Source: an uncultured Planctomycetota bacterium (GTDB taxonomy: Bacteria; Planctomycetota; Phycisphaerae; Tepidisphaerales; Tepidisphaeraceae). Taken from it: a stretch of 64,000 nucleotides of DNA. The stretch spans positions 704,001 to 768,000 of the forward strand of contig CAWJEN010000006.1 in assembly GCA_963841915.1 (NCBI GenBank), read 5' to 3'. The number at the start of each line of letters is the position of its first letter. Positions within the stretch are counted from its first letter, which is position 1. The notes under the pieces are model-generated. The model was not told the origin of the DNA, ran no database searches, and saw only the letters and a list, made by a program, of their open reading frames with translations. Position numbers and translations under genes: made by a program. This document shows positions 45,432 to 55,580 of the stretch, in pieces.

Positions 45432-46178
45432 ATGTCAAGTCGCACGCCCTTTGTTGCCGGTAACTGGAAGATGAACCTGTCCAAGAGCGAGGCCATCTCG
45501 CTGGCCGAGGGCTTGGCGGGACTGGCCGCCGACGGCGTTGGTGTCGGGTGTGCGCCTGCATTCGTCTACCTCGACGCCGTCAAGGCCAAGCTCGGCGACA
45601 GCGTACTGCTTGGCGCTCAAGACGTGTACCAAGAGGCCAAGGGTGCATTTACCGGCGAGATTTCGACTAATATGCTCAAGGACGTCGGCTGCTCCTTTGT
45701 CATCGTCGGTCACAGCGAGCGGCGTCACGTCCTCATGGAGCCGACCGAGTTGCTCGCTGAAAAGGCGGCCGCGGTTTTCAACAGCGGCATGACGCTCGTG
45801 CACTGCGTCGGTGAGACGCTCGACCAGCGCGAGGCCAACAAGACGTTTGGCGTCATCGACGGCCAGCTCAGCGAGTTGTCGCCGAAAATCGATGACCCGG
45901 CGCGCCTCGTCATCGCCTACGAACCCGTCTGGGCGATCGGCACCGGCAAGGTGGCCTCGAAGGAGCAGGCCCAGGAAGTACACGCCTACATCCGCAGCCA
46001 ACTTGCCGAGGACTTCGGCGAGGACTTTGCGAGCAAGGTCCGCATCATCTACGGCGGCAGTGTCAAAGCAGACAACGCCACCGAGCTGATGGCCCAGCCG
46101 GACGTCGACGGAGCCCTGGTCGGCGGGGCCAGCCTGTCGGTGGAGGCCTTTGGACCCATTGTCGAGGCTGCCAAGTAG
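45432..46178 (+). CDS. tpiA: Triosephosphate isomerase
   Basis: AGNWKMN, GAFTGEIS, VGHSERR, AYEPVWAIGTG, YGGSVK, DGALVGGASL. Confidence 0.98.
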   Translation: MSSRTPFVAGNWKMNLSKSEAISLAEGLAGLAADGVGVGCAPAFVYLDAVKAKLGDSVLLGAQDVYQEAKGAFTGEISTNMLKDVGCSFVIVGHSERRHVLMEPTELLAEKAAAVFNSGMTLVHCVGETLDQREANKTFGVIDGQLSELSPKIDDPARLVIAYEPVWAIGTGKVASKEQAQEVHAYIRSQLAEDFGEDFASKVRIIYGGSVKADNATELMAQPDVDGALVGGASLSVEAFGPIVEAAK

Positions 46179-46209
46179 CCCCGCGCCTACCGTCGCTGCC
46201 CTTCGCGTT

Positions 46210-46617
46210 ATGGCAACTTTTCTCTACTCGCTCTTTACGGTTGCTTTCGCCGCAACCTGCGTCTTCCTGATCCTGCTGATCCTCATCCAGAAGGGTCGCG
46301 GCGGCGGACTCAGTGGCGCTTTCGGTGGCGCCGGCGGCAACACCGCCTTCGGCTCCAAGACCGGCGATGTCCTGACCTGGGTCACGAGTATCGCGTTCGG
46401 ACTCTTCGTGCTCCTGGCGATGGCGCTCATCTGGACCGCCGACGCCGTGGTTGCCGACAACACGCGGCTCCGTCCAGCAGCCCCTGCCGCTGGTGTTGTC
46501 GACAACGACGATCTGCCTGCCGACACGGCGGCTGATCAGTCGGGCAACGGGACGCTTGAAACGACGGACGGTCAGCCACCTGTCGTTGATGACGGTGACG
46601 ACACGCTCATCGATTAG
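46210..46617 (+). CDS. secG: Preprotein translocase subunit SecG
   Basis: LILIQKGRGGGLSGAFGGAGGNTAFG...LTWVT; two TM helices; follows tpiA. Confidence 0.93.
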   Translation: MATFLYSLFTVAFAATCVFLILLILIQKGRGGGLSGAFGGAGGNTAFGSKTGDVLTWVTSIAFGLFVLLAMALIWTADAVVADNTRLRPAAPAAGVVDNDDLPADTAADQSGNGTLETTDGQPPVVDDGDDTLID

Positions 46618-46634
46618 GCCGCAGGTCCGCCACC

Positions 46635-47540
46635 ATGATTCAAAGCATGACGGGCTTCGGCGACGCTTCGACCGAACGTGACGGCACCGCCTACGCCGTC
46701 GAGATCAAGAGTCTCAACAACCGATACTTCAAGCCCGTTATTCGGCTGCCCGATGTGTTGTCGTCGGTCGAGCCCAGGATCGAATCGACGCTGCGGAACC
46801 GCCTGGGGCGCGGGACAGTCTACTACACGCTGAAGCTTCGACCTGCCGAGACGGACGAGCGGGCGCTACCGACCATTGATGTCGACGTGCTCAGGAGCTA
46901 CGTCAGCCAGCTTGCCGCCGCCGGTCTGGAGCCACCTGCTGCCGATCGTTTGCTGGGGTTGCCGGGCGTGGTCAAGGTGCCGCAGGCGGAGGCGGCCGAC
47001 GAGCAGCTGCCCGATGCCGATCGGCTGGCAATCCACAAAGAGGTGGCGGCGACGCTGACAGAAGGAGCGATCGATCGGCTTATTGCTGCCCGGAAGGTCG
47101 AGGGCGAGTCGCTGGCCTGCGACCTGAAGCTGCACCTGGGCCAGATGGCGTCGCACTTGGCGGCGGTGAGGGAGAAAGCTTCCAGCGTCATCGAGCGGTA
47201 CCACGACAAGCTCGTCTCACGCGTCAACGAGCTGATTGCCAAGGCGGAGCTGAGTCTCGACAAGACGGATCTCATGCGCGAAGTGGCCGTCTTTGCCGAG
47301 CGGAGCGACATCAGCGAGGAGCTCGCACGCCTGTCGCACCACATCGAGCAGTTCGAAGAGGCCATCGACTTGAACGCGGCGATGCACGTCGGTCGGAAGC
47401 TCGACTTCGTGGCCCAGGAAATGCTGCGCGAGGCCAACACGATCGGTAGCAAAGCCCAGGACGGCGACATCGCCGGCCGGGTGATCGAGATGAAGGGCCT
47501 CATCGACCGCATCAAGGAGCAGGTCCAGAACGTCGAGTAA
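46635..47540 (+). CDS. yicC: YicC/YloC family endoribonuclease
   Basis: SMTGFG, EIKSLNNRY, RSDISEELARL..H, GRKLDFVAQEMLREANTIGSK, IKEQVQNVE. Confidence 0.94.
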   Translation: MIQSMTGFGDASTERDGTAYAVEIKSLNNRYFKPVIRLPDVLSSVEPRIESTLRNRLGRGTVYYTLKLRPAETDERALPTIDVDVLRSYVSQLAAAGLEPPAADRLLGLPGVVKVPQAEAADEQLPDADRLAIHKEVAATLTEGAIDRLIAARKVEGESLACDLKLHLGQMASHLAAVREKASSVIERYHDKLVSRVNELIAKAELSLDKTDLMREVAVFAERSDISEELARLSHHIEQFEEAIDLNAAMHVGRKLDFVAQEMLREANTIGSKAQDGDIAGRVIEMKGLIDRIKEQVQNVE

Positions 47541-47547
47541 GCGAGCG

Positions 47548-48498
47548 TCAGAAGCTGATTAGCCCCTCGTTCCGCAGGTAAATCGTCCCGATGGCTAGAA
47601 CCGCGCCAAGGGCTGCCATCGCCAGGAACAGGCTGAGCACCAGCAGAATGGTCTGTCCCTTGTTCCGACGAGCAGCGTCTTCGACCAGCCTCGCAGTCCG
47701 TTCATCCATCACCGACTGCAGCTTGGCCACGACCTCGCCCTGGACGGCCGTCTGTTGGCTGACGTTGCGGATGGCCGACGCCACGCCGCCGAGGTTGTCG
47801 GCAATGCTTTGATCGCTCTCACGCATCTTGTCGAGGCGCGACTGCATGTCGTCGACCTCGCGCTTGGCGTCTCGCGACTCGCGACCCATCTTGCCCAGCA
47901 CGTCGTTGAGCTTGTTGTTCTGGTCCCGCTGGCCCAGGATTTGGTCGCGGAGCGCTCGCACGCTTTCGGCCTGCGTGCGAAGTGACTCGCTCTGCAGCTT
48001 CAAGTTCTCGCCAGCAATGTCGTTGCTTCGCGTAAATTGCTTTTCGAGCTGTTCGGCACTGTCGGCATTCTGCTTGGCGACCGTCGGTAGCCACTTGAGC
48101 TGGTCGAGCAACTCGCCTTGGCGGTCGACGCTGGCATCGAGGCCGTCTCGGATGTCGCTCATCAGGCCGGATAAATCCTCAAACCCGCGACGAATCGAGT
48201 TCATCGCAAGGTCACGCTGATACGCACGACGGGCAAACGGCCGCAGAAGCCCCGGCGGCTTTTGATAGTGCTGCAGGCCGGATTCGTCGATGCTGGGCTG
48301 GCCGCTTCCGACCAGTCGCGTGACGATGCCGGTCGCTTCAGCCTGTGGCGTGTCTTCGACAACAGTTTCTTCTTCGGGCACCTGCATGACGTCTTCGGTA
48401 GGTTCGCCTGGCGTTTGGCGCATCACGGTCGCCTCGACCTGACGGGATCGGTCGCGGCGTTGACGCCGACTTTCGCGTTTGGCTCCGGTTCTCGACAC
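47548..48498 (-). CDS. Hypothetical coiled-coil protein with C-terminal TM anchor
   Basis: Long heptad-rich body and one C-terminal hydrophobic helix. Confidence 0.75.
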   Translation of the reverse strand: MSRTGAKRESRRQRRDRSRQVEATVMRQTPGEPTEDVMQVPEEETVVEDTPQAEATGIVTRLVGSGQPSIDESGLQHYQKPPGLLRPFARRAYQRDLAMNSIRRGFEDLSGLMSDIRDGLDASVDRQGELLDQLKWLPTVAKQNADSAEQLEKQFTRSNDIAGENLKLQSESLRTQAESVRALRDQILGQRDQNNKLNDVLGKMGRESRDAKREVDDMQSRLDKMRESDQSIADNLGGVASAIRNVSQQTAVQGEVVAKLQSVMDERTARLVEDAARRNKGQTILLVLSLFLAMAALGAVLAIGTIYLRNEGLISF

Positions 48499-48516
48499 TT
48501 ACCCTCAACATACCCC

Positions 48517-49341
48517 GTGACGGCCTTTCGACCAACCATTCTCCTCGTGATGCTGTTGGCAATCGTCGGGTGCGACCAGCACGTGACGCCGCAGAAAGGC
48601 ACCATCGCCTCGGCTACCCCGGCGGCGACGGACATCGTCAGGCGGCTGGGCGCGGCAGATCGCCTTGTCGGAATCAGCCGATTCGATGAACCAGACGCCG
48701 CCGATGAGCTGCCACGCGTTGGTGACGCCAACGGACTCGATTGGGAACAACTCGCAGCCCTGCGGCCGGCAACGGTCGCGGTCGGCGTTGATCCGGCACG
48801 GTTATCAGACGGTGATCACGAGCGGGCAGAAGAGCTAAGTGTGACGTTGTTGAACGCCCACGTGGTTCGGCTGGACGACGTGGCCGTGGTCGTCGCACGC
48901 GTGGGCAAGGCTGTCGGGACAAATGACGCAGCAGAGCGGTTTCTCGCACAACTCGGCCCGGCGAGGCCGCAGACAGATCGGTCGGTGCTTGTGCTCCTCG
49001 ACGCCGACCTGCACCTGGCGGCGGGGCGGCGAAACTACATCGACGACCTCATCACGCACGTTGGTGGCAGGAACGTCATCCCGGCGGAGATGACGGATTG
49101 GCCTTCTATCGATGCGGAGTTGCTGGCATCGCTGCGGCCTGATGCCGTCGTGTTGCTCTTGCCGAACGCCAACGATGCCACGCTGCAGCGGGCGGAGGCC
49201 GCGTGGCGTCGCCTGCCGTCTGCTGCGGTGCCGGCTTGGGAGAAGGTGATCATCGCGACCGAGCCGACCATCATGACGCCCGGCTGGACAGGCGTCACCA
49301 CGCTGGCGGGTTATCTGAAAAATGTTGTTGATGAGGTTTGA
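48517..49341 (+). CDS. Helical-backbone ABC substrate-binding lipoprotein (BtuF/HmuT-like)
   Basis: IVG/C lipobox, IASATPAATDIVRRLGAADRLVGIS, DWEQLAALRP, YIDDLITHVGGRNV, WPSIDAELLASLRPDAVV. Confidence 0.75.
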   Translation: MTAFRPTILLVMLLAIVGCDQHVTPQKGTIASATPAATDIVRRLGAADRLVGISRFDEPDAADELPRVGDANGLDWEQLAALRPATVAVGVDPARLSDGDHERAEELSVTLLNAHVVRLDDVAVVVARVGKAVGTNDAAERFLAQLGPARPQTDRSVLVLLDADLHLAAGRRNYIDDLITHVGGRNVIPAEMTDWPSIDAELLASLRPDAVVLLLPNANDATLQRAEAAWRRLPSAAVPAWEKVIIATEPTIMTPGWTGVTTLAGYLKNVVDEV

Positions 49342-49516
49342 GCGACGGATTCATCAAAACCGGCCAACGTGTTGCCAAGGCGGGGGTCGGGATGGGACCT
49401 TGAAGTACGGCAACCAAACTTTCTCGCGGCGTCTCAACTCAGGCGGCCGATGGTCGATACATGGACTGACCCCGCATCCGTTGATGCGGATTCCACAGCC
49501 CGTCGACCACGTTGCC

Positions 49517-49954
49517 ATGCCCGCCCAAGCCGCTACCACCACGATTTCGACCAGCACCCGTGCCCAGGACCGCCGTCGGCACCGCCGACACGAGCTGTCG
49601 CATCCGACGAACCTCAGCGGCATCCAGTGCGACTTTGGTGACAACATCACCGGTGGCGTTGTAGATCTCAGCGCAGGTGGCGTCCGGATTCGCACAGCAG
49701 ATGACACCATTCGTCCTGGCACCAACGTTGAGGTCCGCCTCAGCTTGCCCCAGCACGCCGGCATCAGCCCGTTCGTCCGCCTCGCCGGTGCTCAGCCAGA
49801 GCCGTCCTGCGAGTGGAGTGGCACCTTCGAAGTTGCTCGCCGCGTCGAACGAACCGACGGGACGTTTGACCTCGGCGGCACGCTGCTCAACATGACGCCC
49901 GTCGACCGCGGCATGCTCGGGCTGTACCTCAGCATCCATCCGCTGGCTGCGTAA
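49517..49954 (+). CDS. PilZ-domain protein (putative c-di-GMP receptor)
   Basis: RRRHRR (RxxxR) and DLSAGG (DxSxxG) motifs intact. Start 49484 or 49517. Confidence 0.8.
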   Translation: MPAQAATTTISTSTRAQDRRRHRRHELSHPTNLSGIQCDFGDNITGGVVDLSAGGVRIRTADDTIRPGTNVEVRLSLPQHAGISPFVRLAGAQPEPSCEWSGTFEVARRVERTDGTFDLGGTLLNMTPVDRGMLGLYLSIHPLAA

Positions 49955-49979
49955 GCCGGCATGAAGTGCAACACCACCA

Positions 49980-50009
49980 ACGACAAAACCCGCGACATCG
50001 TCGCGGGTT
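49980..50009 (-). terminator. Intrinsic terminator hairpin with T-tract on the minus strand
   Basis: AACCCGCGAC / GTCGCGGGTT perfect 10-bp stem; the minus strand reads ...GGGTTTTGTCGTT. Confidence 0.6.
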
Positions 50010-50200
50010 CATCCGATCGTCAGATTAGCTCGGGCCAAAATCCCCGGGCTAGCGTCACCCCCGACCGACCGCCGGTCGGGGGTGACTGCCCGTAGGAACC
50101 AACCGCGCTCCAATCACACGGGTCACCCAACGCAGGCAACCCGTCAGCCGCCACCACAGCGGCCGCCACCCACTTCGCGAAGTCGGTGCCGGGATCTGAA
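50010..50200. ncRNA. Candidate structured non-coding RNA (family not recognised)
   Basis: Consecutive hairpins at 50026-50051, 50054-50086 and about 50165-50190 in a roughly 520-bp intergenic region without a convincing ORF. Confidence 0.3.
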
Positions 50201-50477
50201 AATGCCGTCGGATTTGCACATTGATCATTGTCTTCAGCCTCAGTAACGCGTTGAAAATGCGGAACTTCGTAGATTACGTGCGGCAGAGAAAAATTTTGAC
50301 CCGCAGCAGCAGCAGCACGAAGTCAAGCCGATCACCGAAAAAGGGGTGCGTAAAACTTCATCACCTTCACGTCTCAGCGCCGTCTAAATGTGCAGAGGGC
50401 GGTTTACACGGGTATGGCCGAGCAAGTTCGAGCGGGCAGGCCTTGCCAGCTTGGGCCTTGTTCCTTAAGATGCTGTC

Positions 50478-51308
50478 GTGCGGGAAGGGGACCACTCAAC
50501 GCCGTCGCTGCCAGACCGGACGCTGCCGGTCACGCCGCTGTCGTATTCGAGTCAGCCGGCTCCGCGTCAGATCCGTCGTCGCGGGTTCGTCGTCGCTTGC
50601 ATTCTCGCGGCCTGCCTCGGAGCGTCCTGGGTCGCCGGGGCGAGGGCACGGGATCATGTCCAGAATTATTTGTATGTCAGGCAGGCGGCCGATCGTGTCG
50701 AGCCCGCCGAGCAGGTGATGTTCGAGCCGGATCGGGAGCGTGCCGCTGATCTGCTGGAATCGGAAGACTACGAGCCGATGGCCGTTACAGGCGTGACGGT
50801 GGCCGAAGCGCCTGCTGTCCGGGTCGAGGCTGGCCATGTCGCCACGTTCGACGAAGCGCTAGGTGAAGCCGCTGAATCGACTGATCGACAAGGGGCATTG
50901 CTGTTTCTTCACGAGCTCACGTCCGCTTCCGGTGCCAGGCGGATTGTGGCCATCCGGTTTCTGCCCTGGGTGCTTCCCGAAGACGCCAAGTGGCGGCCCG
51001 ACATGCCTGCCGGGCTTGTCGCACATGTCTTTGATCCGGGGCATCTCCTGGCTCGACCGCAGCTTGTCGGGACGAGCCGATCTCCGATCCTGATCGATGC
51101 GAGCACGAGCGAACTGTTGCCGGCTGTGTTTGATCCTTACGCAGCGGTGGTCGAAGCCGATTTGCGGTGGTTCGCCGGACAGCCGGACGATCTGGACGAT
51201 TCGCATTTCACGCTCGCTTTCGAGCTGGGTGGGCAATTGGGGACGGTCGACGGTTTCTTGTCAGCCGACGGGTCGGCCGTGCACATGAACGTCCGCCCGG
51301 CCAGCTGA
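50478..51308 (+). CDS. Hypothetical membrane-anchored protein
   Basis: PLSY motif, RRR then a TM helix, C-terminal 'LRWFAGQPDDLDDSHFTLAFE...TVDGFL'. Confidence 0.7.
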   Translation: MREGDHSTPSLPDRTLPVTPLSYSSQPAPRQIRRRGFVVACILAACLGASWVAGARARDHVQNYLYVRQAADRVEPAEQVMFEPDRERAADLLESEDYEPMAVTGVTVAEAPAVRVEAGHVATFDEALGEAAESTDRQGALLFLHELTSASGARRIVAIRFLPWVLPEDAKWRPDMPAGLVAHVFDPGHLLARPQLVGTSRSPILIDASTSELLPAVFDPYAAVVEADLRWFAGQPDDLDDSHFTLAFELGGQLGTVDGFLSADGSAVHMNVRPAS

Positions 51309-51360
51309 GTCGTCAGTTTGATCACGAACGTCAACCTGCTGTGTCTACGGTCGCCCGACC

Positions 51361-52653
51361 ATGACGGACGAGAGTACTTCTGATCGGCAACCGGGCCGCC
51401 ACGCCGTCCTCGTCTCCTTTGGTAGTCACGGCGACCTGCATCCTTTTCTCGGTATCGGCCTCGCGTTGCTGCGACGCGGCTGGCAGGTGACGCTCATCGC
51501 TAACGCGAGGTACGAGCGGGAAACAACCGACCACGGCTTCGACTTCAAGGCCGTCGGCAGTGTCGACGACTTCAACCGCTTCACCGGCAGCCCCGACATG
51601 TGGGACAGCAAGAAGGCGGTCAAGCTCGTCTTCGGAGCCATGTCGGAACTCGCACAACCGACGCACGAGGCGTTGCAAGAGCTTGCGCCGGACGTTGTCA
51701 TCGCCAGCACGCTTGCTGCAGGGGCACGCGTGTTTCGCGAGACGCATCCGGCGGTGCCGCTCGTGACGGTTCACTTGCAACCCACAGCGTTGCGGAGCAA
51801 CATCGATCCGCCGCACCTGCCGGGGTTACCGCCGCTGCACAAGTTGCCGCTTTGGCTGAAGAAGATCCTGCTCCCACATTTCTGGAACGGGGCAGACCGG
51901 TATGTGCTGGACCCGATGGTGAAGCAGCTGGCCGACTACCGGGCGACGCTCGGGCTCGAGGCGACTACCAGCTACCTCGGCAATTGGCAGCATTCGCCCG
52001 ATCGTGTGCTGGCCATGTGGCCCGACTGGTACGCGCCACCGCCGGCCGACTGGCCGGAGCAGGCGCGGCTGCCGGGCTTTCCGCTGTATGACGAGCGGGA
52101 GACGACCAGCCTGCCGCCGGAAGTAGCAGCGTTTCTAGACGAGGGCGAGCCACCGGTCGCGTTCACGCCGGGCAGTGCGATGTTCTTCGGCGAGACGTTT
52201 TTTGCTGCCGCGGCAGACGCTTGTCAGCGGCTGGGTCGTCGCGGGTTGCTGCTGAGTCGGCACGCCGCCCATCTGCCGCGTGATCTGCCGGCGGATGTGC
52301 TTCATGTGCCGTTTGCACCGTTCTCGGCGTTGCTGCCACGGTGTTGCGCGGTGGTGCATCACGGAGGCGTCGGGACGCTGTCGCAAGGCTTGGCTGCGGG
52401 GCTGCCGCAGGTGATCATGCCGATGGCGCACGACCAGCCGGACAACGCCCGCCGCGTCCTGGAGCTCGGTGTCGGTGACGCGATTGCGCCGCGTCGGTTC
52501 ACCGGGCGTCGCGTCGCCAAGGTACTGGCCCGGCTGCTCGGTGATCCGAAGGTAGCGGACGCCTGTCGCCGTTTCGCGACGCGTGTGGCCGAGACCGACG
52601 GCCTCGCCGCTGCCGCCGACGACATCGAAGCACTGCACGTCGCGACGGCCTGA
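51361..52653 (+). CDS. GT1-family glycosyltransferase (RhlB/sterol-glucosyltransferase-like)
   Basis: GSHGDLHPF, FTPGS, HHGGVGT..QGLAAGLPQVIMPMAHDQPDNA. Confidence 0.9.
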   Translation: MTDESTSDRQPGRHAVLVSFGSHGDLHPFLGIGLALLRRGWQVTLIANARYERETTDHGFDFKAVGSVDDFNRFTGSPDMWDSKKAVKLVFGAMSELAQPTHEALQELAPDVVIASTLAAGARVFRETHPAVPLVTVHLQPTALRSNIDPPHLPGLPPLHKLPLWLKKILLPHFWNGADRYVLDPMVKQLADYRATLGLEATTSYLGNWQHSPDRVLAMWPDWYAPPPADWPEQARLPGFPLYDERETTSLPPEVAAFLDEGEPPVAFTPGSAMFFGETFFAAAADACQRLGRRGLLLSRHAAHLPRDLPADVLHVPFAPFSALLPRCCAVVHHGGVGTLSQGLAAGLPQVIMPMAHDQPDNARRVLELGVGDAIAPRRFTGRRVAKVLARLLGDPKVADACRRFATRVAETDGLAAAADDIEALHVATA

Positions 52654-52698
52654 AACCTGCACGTCCCCGGATCGGGTTCAAGGAGCTACAACATCGTC

Positions 52699-53621
52699 AT
52701 GCCTCGAATTTCATTCGGTCAACGTGGTTTTGGCGGCACAAGCCGTTCGGCGTTCGGCGGCTTTGGTCGCGGTCGCGGTGGTGGCGGATCCATGAAGATG
52801 CGCCTCATCATCGGCGTCGTCATCGCCCTCGTCTCGGTCGGCAGCTACTTCCTCACAACCAGTGAGAACCCGATCACGGGCAAGGACGAACGGGTGAACA
52901 TGTCGCTCGAGCAGGAAGTCGCCCTCGGCCTGCAGAGCGCCCCGAGATGGTGCAACAAATGGGTGGCCAAGTTCCACGCTCATCACCCAAAGCTCAGGCT
53001 GTTGAAGCGGTTGGCGAACTCCTTCTTGCAGAGAGCGGGCTTCGCCAGACACTGGCTGAGAAAGGCGTGCCTTGGGAGTTCACGTTCACGCTCATCAACG
53101 ACGATCAGACTGTTAATGCCTTCGCCTTGCCCGGCGGCCCGGTCTTCATCACGGAAGCGCTCTACGACCGTTTAGAGAATGTGGCACAGCTGGCCGGAGT
53201 CATTGGACATGAGATCGGGCACGTCGTCGAGCGACACGGAGCAGAGCGGATGTCGCAGTCACAGATGTGGCAGGGCCTAGCCGGTGCGGCAGCGGTCGGA
53301 ACGGGTGACATGTCCGCCGCTCAGGCAGCCCAAGCGGCGGGGCAGTTCATCGGCATGAAATATGGGCGCGAGCAGGAGCTCGAAAGCGACAGCTATGGCC
53401 TGAATTACCTCGTGGCGGCAGAACTTGATCCAAGTGAGATGATCCGCGTCATGGAGATCCTTCGCGACGCCAGCGGCGGCGGTAGGGGTGGCACACCCGA
53501 ATTCATGCAGACGCACCCGCATCCCGAAAGTCGCATTGATGCCATTAAGAAGTACGTCGAGACGGAAGTCGACGCCGAGACGATGCGTCGCCTGACCGAC
53601 GGCGGCCCGCTGCCGCGCTAG
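52699..53621 (+). CDS. M48-family metallopeptidase; one frameshift at about 52940-52943
   Basis: The 5' ORF (TM helix, ENPITG, EQEVALGLQSAP) joins the 3' ORF (NAFALPGG, HEIGHV, YGREQELESD, THP) if one C is added to the C4 run. Confidence 0.88.
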
Positions 53622-54901
53622 TCACGCGTCGGCTTCGAGCGCGACGAGGTCTTCGAACGTCTCCCGACGACGGATGAGTTGATGTTCGCTGCCGTCGACC
53701 ATGACCTCTGCCGCCCGCGGCCGGCCGTTGTAATTGGAGCTCATCGACAAAGCCGTACGCACCGGCGGTGTAGACGGACAGCAGGTCGCCACGTTCGGTC
53801 ACGGGTAGGAGGCGATCCTTAGCGACGAAGTCGCCGCTCTCGCAGACGGGGCCGACGACATCGACGGTTTCGCCATCGGGGATGTCGAGATCACGATCCC
53901 GCGATGCCGGGCCTTGTCCGGTGGCCGGCCAGACGAAGTGGTAAGCGCCGTACAGGCTCGGCCGGAGCAGGTCGTTCATGCCGATGTCGGTGATGACGAA
54001 CTTTTTGTTGCCGCTGGTCTTGCGATACGTGACGCGGCCGAGCAGAACGCCCGCATTGCCGGCGATGTAACGGCCGGGCTCGATGGCGACCTTGTACCCG
54101 CGGTCTTTGAGCAACGGCACGAGCGCTTCGGCAAAGGCCTCGACGGGCAAGGCCTGGTCGGGGTGCTCATAGTTGACGCCGAAGCCGCCGCCGATGTCGA
54201 ACCACTCGATTGCGTGACCGTTGCCGCGCAAACGGTCGATCGTCGCGTTGATCTTGTTGGTCGCCAGCACGTACGGCTCGACCTTGTAGATCGGCGAGCC
54301 CAGGTGCATGTGCAGCCCCGCCAGCCGCACGCCCGGCAGGTCGCGGTACTTGTCGAAGACGCTTTCGGCCCGCTCGAGATCGACGCCGAACTTGCTCTCT
54401 TTTTTCCCGGTCGTCGTGTAGGCGTGGGTGTCGGGATCGACGTCTGGATTCACCCGCAGGGCGGCGGTCGCGGTCTTGCCGGCCGCGGTCGCGACGCGGG
54501 CGAGGTTCTCGATCTCGGCCTCGCTTTCGACGTTGAACGCGGCAATGCCGGCGTCGAGGCCGTAGCGGATTTCGTCATCCGTCTTACCGACGCCTGCGAA
54601 GATGACTTTGCGTCGGATCAACGCCGGCAAGCAGCGCCTTGTACAGCTCACCGCCGCTGGTGACGTCCATGCCGCACCCCTCGGCAATGAGTGTCCGACA
54701 GACGCCGAGACTCGCGTTGCTCTTGATGCTGTAGCAAATCGTCGGCGATAGCTCTGCAAAGGCGTCGGCGACCTGCCGGTAGTGCCGTAGCAATGTCGCC
54801 TTCGAGTAGACGTAGAGCGGAGTGCCGTACTCGTCGGCCAGAGCCGACGCCGGTACGTCTTCGCAATAGAGTTCGCCGTTCTTGTGCTGAAAATGATCCA
54901 C
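53622..54901 (-). CDS. lysA: Diaminopimelate decarboxylase; two frameshifts (about 54614 and 53745)
   Basis: [23 protein letters not shown] | [52 protein letters not shown] | [14 protein letters not shown]...RRRETFEDL. Confidence 0.93.
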
Positions 54902-54921
54902 GCGGCAGCGTAGACGAGGCG

Positions 54922-55563
54922 CTACCGCGTCAGCCGCAGGCCGACGACGCCGCCGACGTACCACTGGCTGTAGTCGTCACCGGTGCCGACGTCGAAGTCG
55001 AGGCCGGTCTGCTCGTAGCCACCTTCGACGGCGAGGATGAGCCGAGGCCCGACGCGGCCGAGTCGGACGTAGGGCCGGTAGCTGTAGCTGAAGGCGGTGT
55101 CGTCGGCCGAGACGTTGTTGCCGCTGTTGTTGACGTAGTCGGCGTTGAGTTCTCCATACGTGCCGCCACCTGCGATGCCGGGTTCCACGAACCACTTGAA
55201 GGCTGACAGCCGCACGCTCGCGCTGGCCTGCGGACTGAGCAACCAGAGATCCGCGTCGCCGCTGCTGGCGGTTTGAGCCGGCTCACCGACGCTGACGCCC
55301 GCCAGATCGCGGTCGGCGGACGTGGAGCTGAGGCCAAGGCCAAGCCGCGGCCCGTTGCCGCCTTTGCCGCGGAGCAGGCCCGGCACGACGAAGCTTCTGC
55401 TGATGTTGCCGGCAAGGCGGTAGCCGTCGGTGTCGTCGATGAACGCTCCGCCACCCTCGGCGTTGACGTTGGCGTAGCCGCCGAAGCCGTCGACTTCGTA
55501 GGCGGCACAGCCTGTCAGCGGCAGGGCGATCAGCAGCAACACGTTCAACCATCGGCGCGACAT
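54922..55563 (-). CDS. Putative small outer-membrane beta-barrel protein with lipoprotein-like signal
   Basis: LTG/C, alternating amphipathic strands, C-terminal WYVGGVVGLRL. Confidence 0.6.
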   Translation of the reverse strand: MSRRWLNVLLLIALPLTGCAAYEVDGFGGYANVNAEGGGAFIDDTDGYRLAGNISRSFVVPGLLRGKGGNGPRLGLGLSSTSADRDLAGVSVGEPAQTASSGDADLWLLSPQASASVRLSAFKWFVEPGIAGGGTYGELNADYVNNSGNNVSADDTAFSYSYRPYVRLGRVGPRLILAVEGGYEQTGLDFDVGTGDDYSQWYVGGVVGLRLTR

Positions 55564-55580
55564 GCCGACACGGTAAGCGA

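Noticed and set aside
50172..50190. AGTCGGTGC resemblance to the Cas9 tracrRNA 3' hairpin
   Set aside because: Only about 9 nt of identity, with no anti-repeat and no cas locus.
50303..50317. (GCA)5 microsatellite
   Set aside because: Too short and intergenic to support phase variation.
53740..54620. Programmed ribosomal frameshifting in lysA
   Set aside because: No slippery sequence or stimulatory structure seen; similar indels in unrelated genes point to consensus errors.
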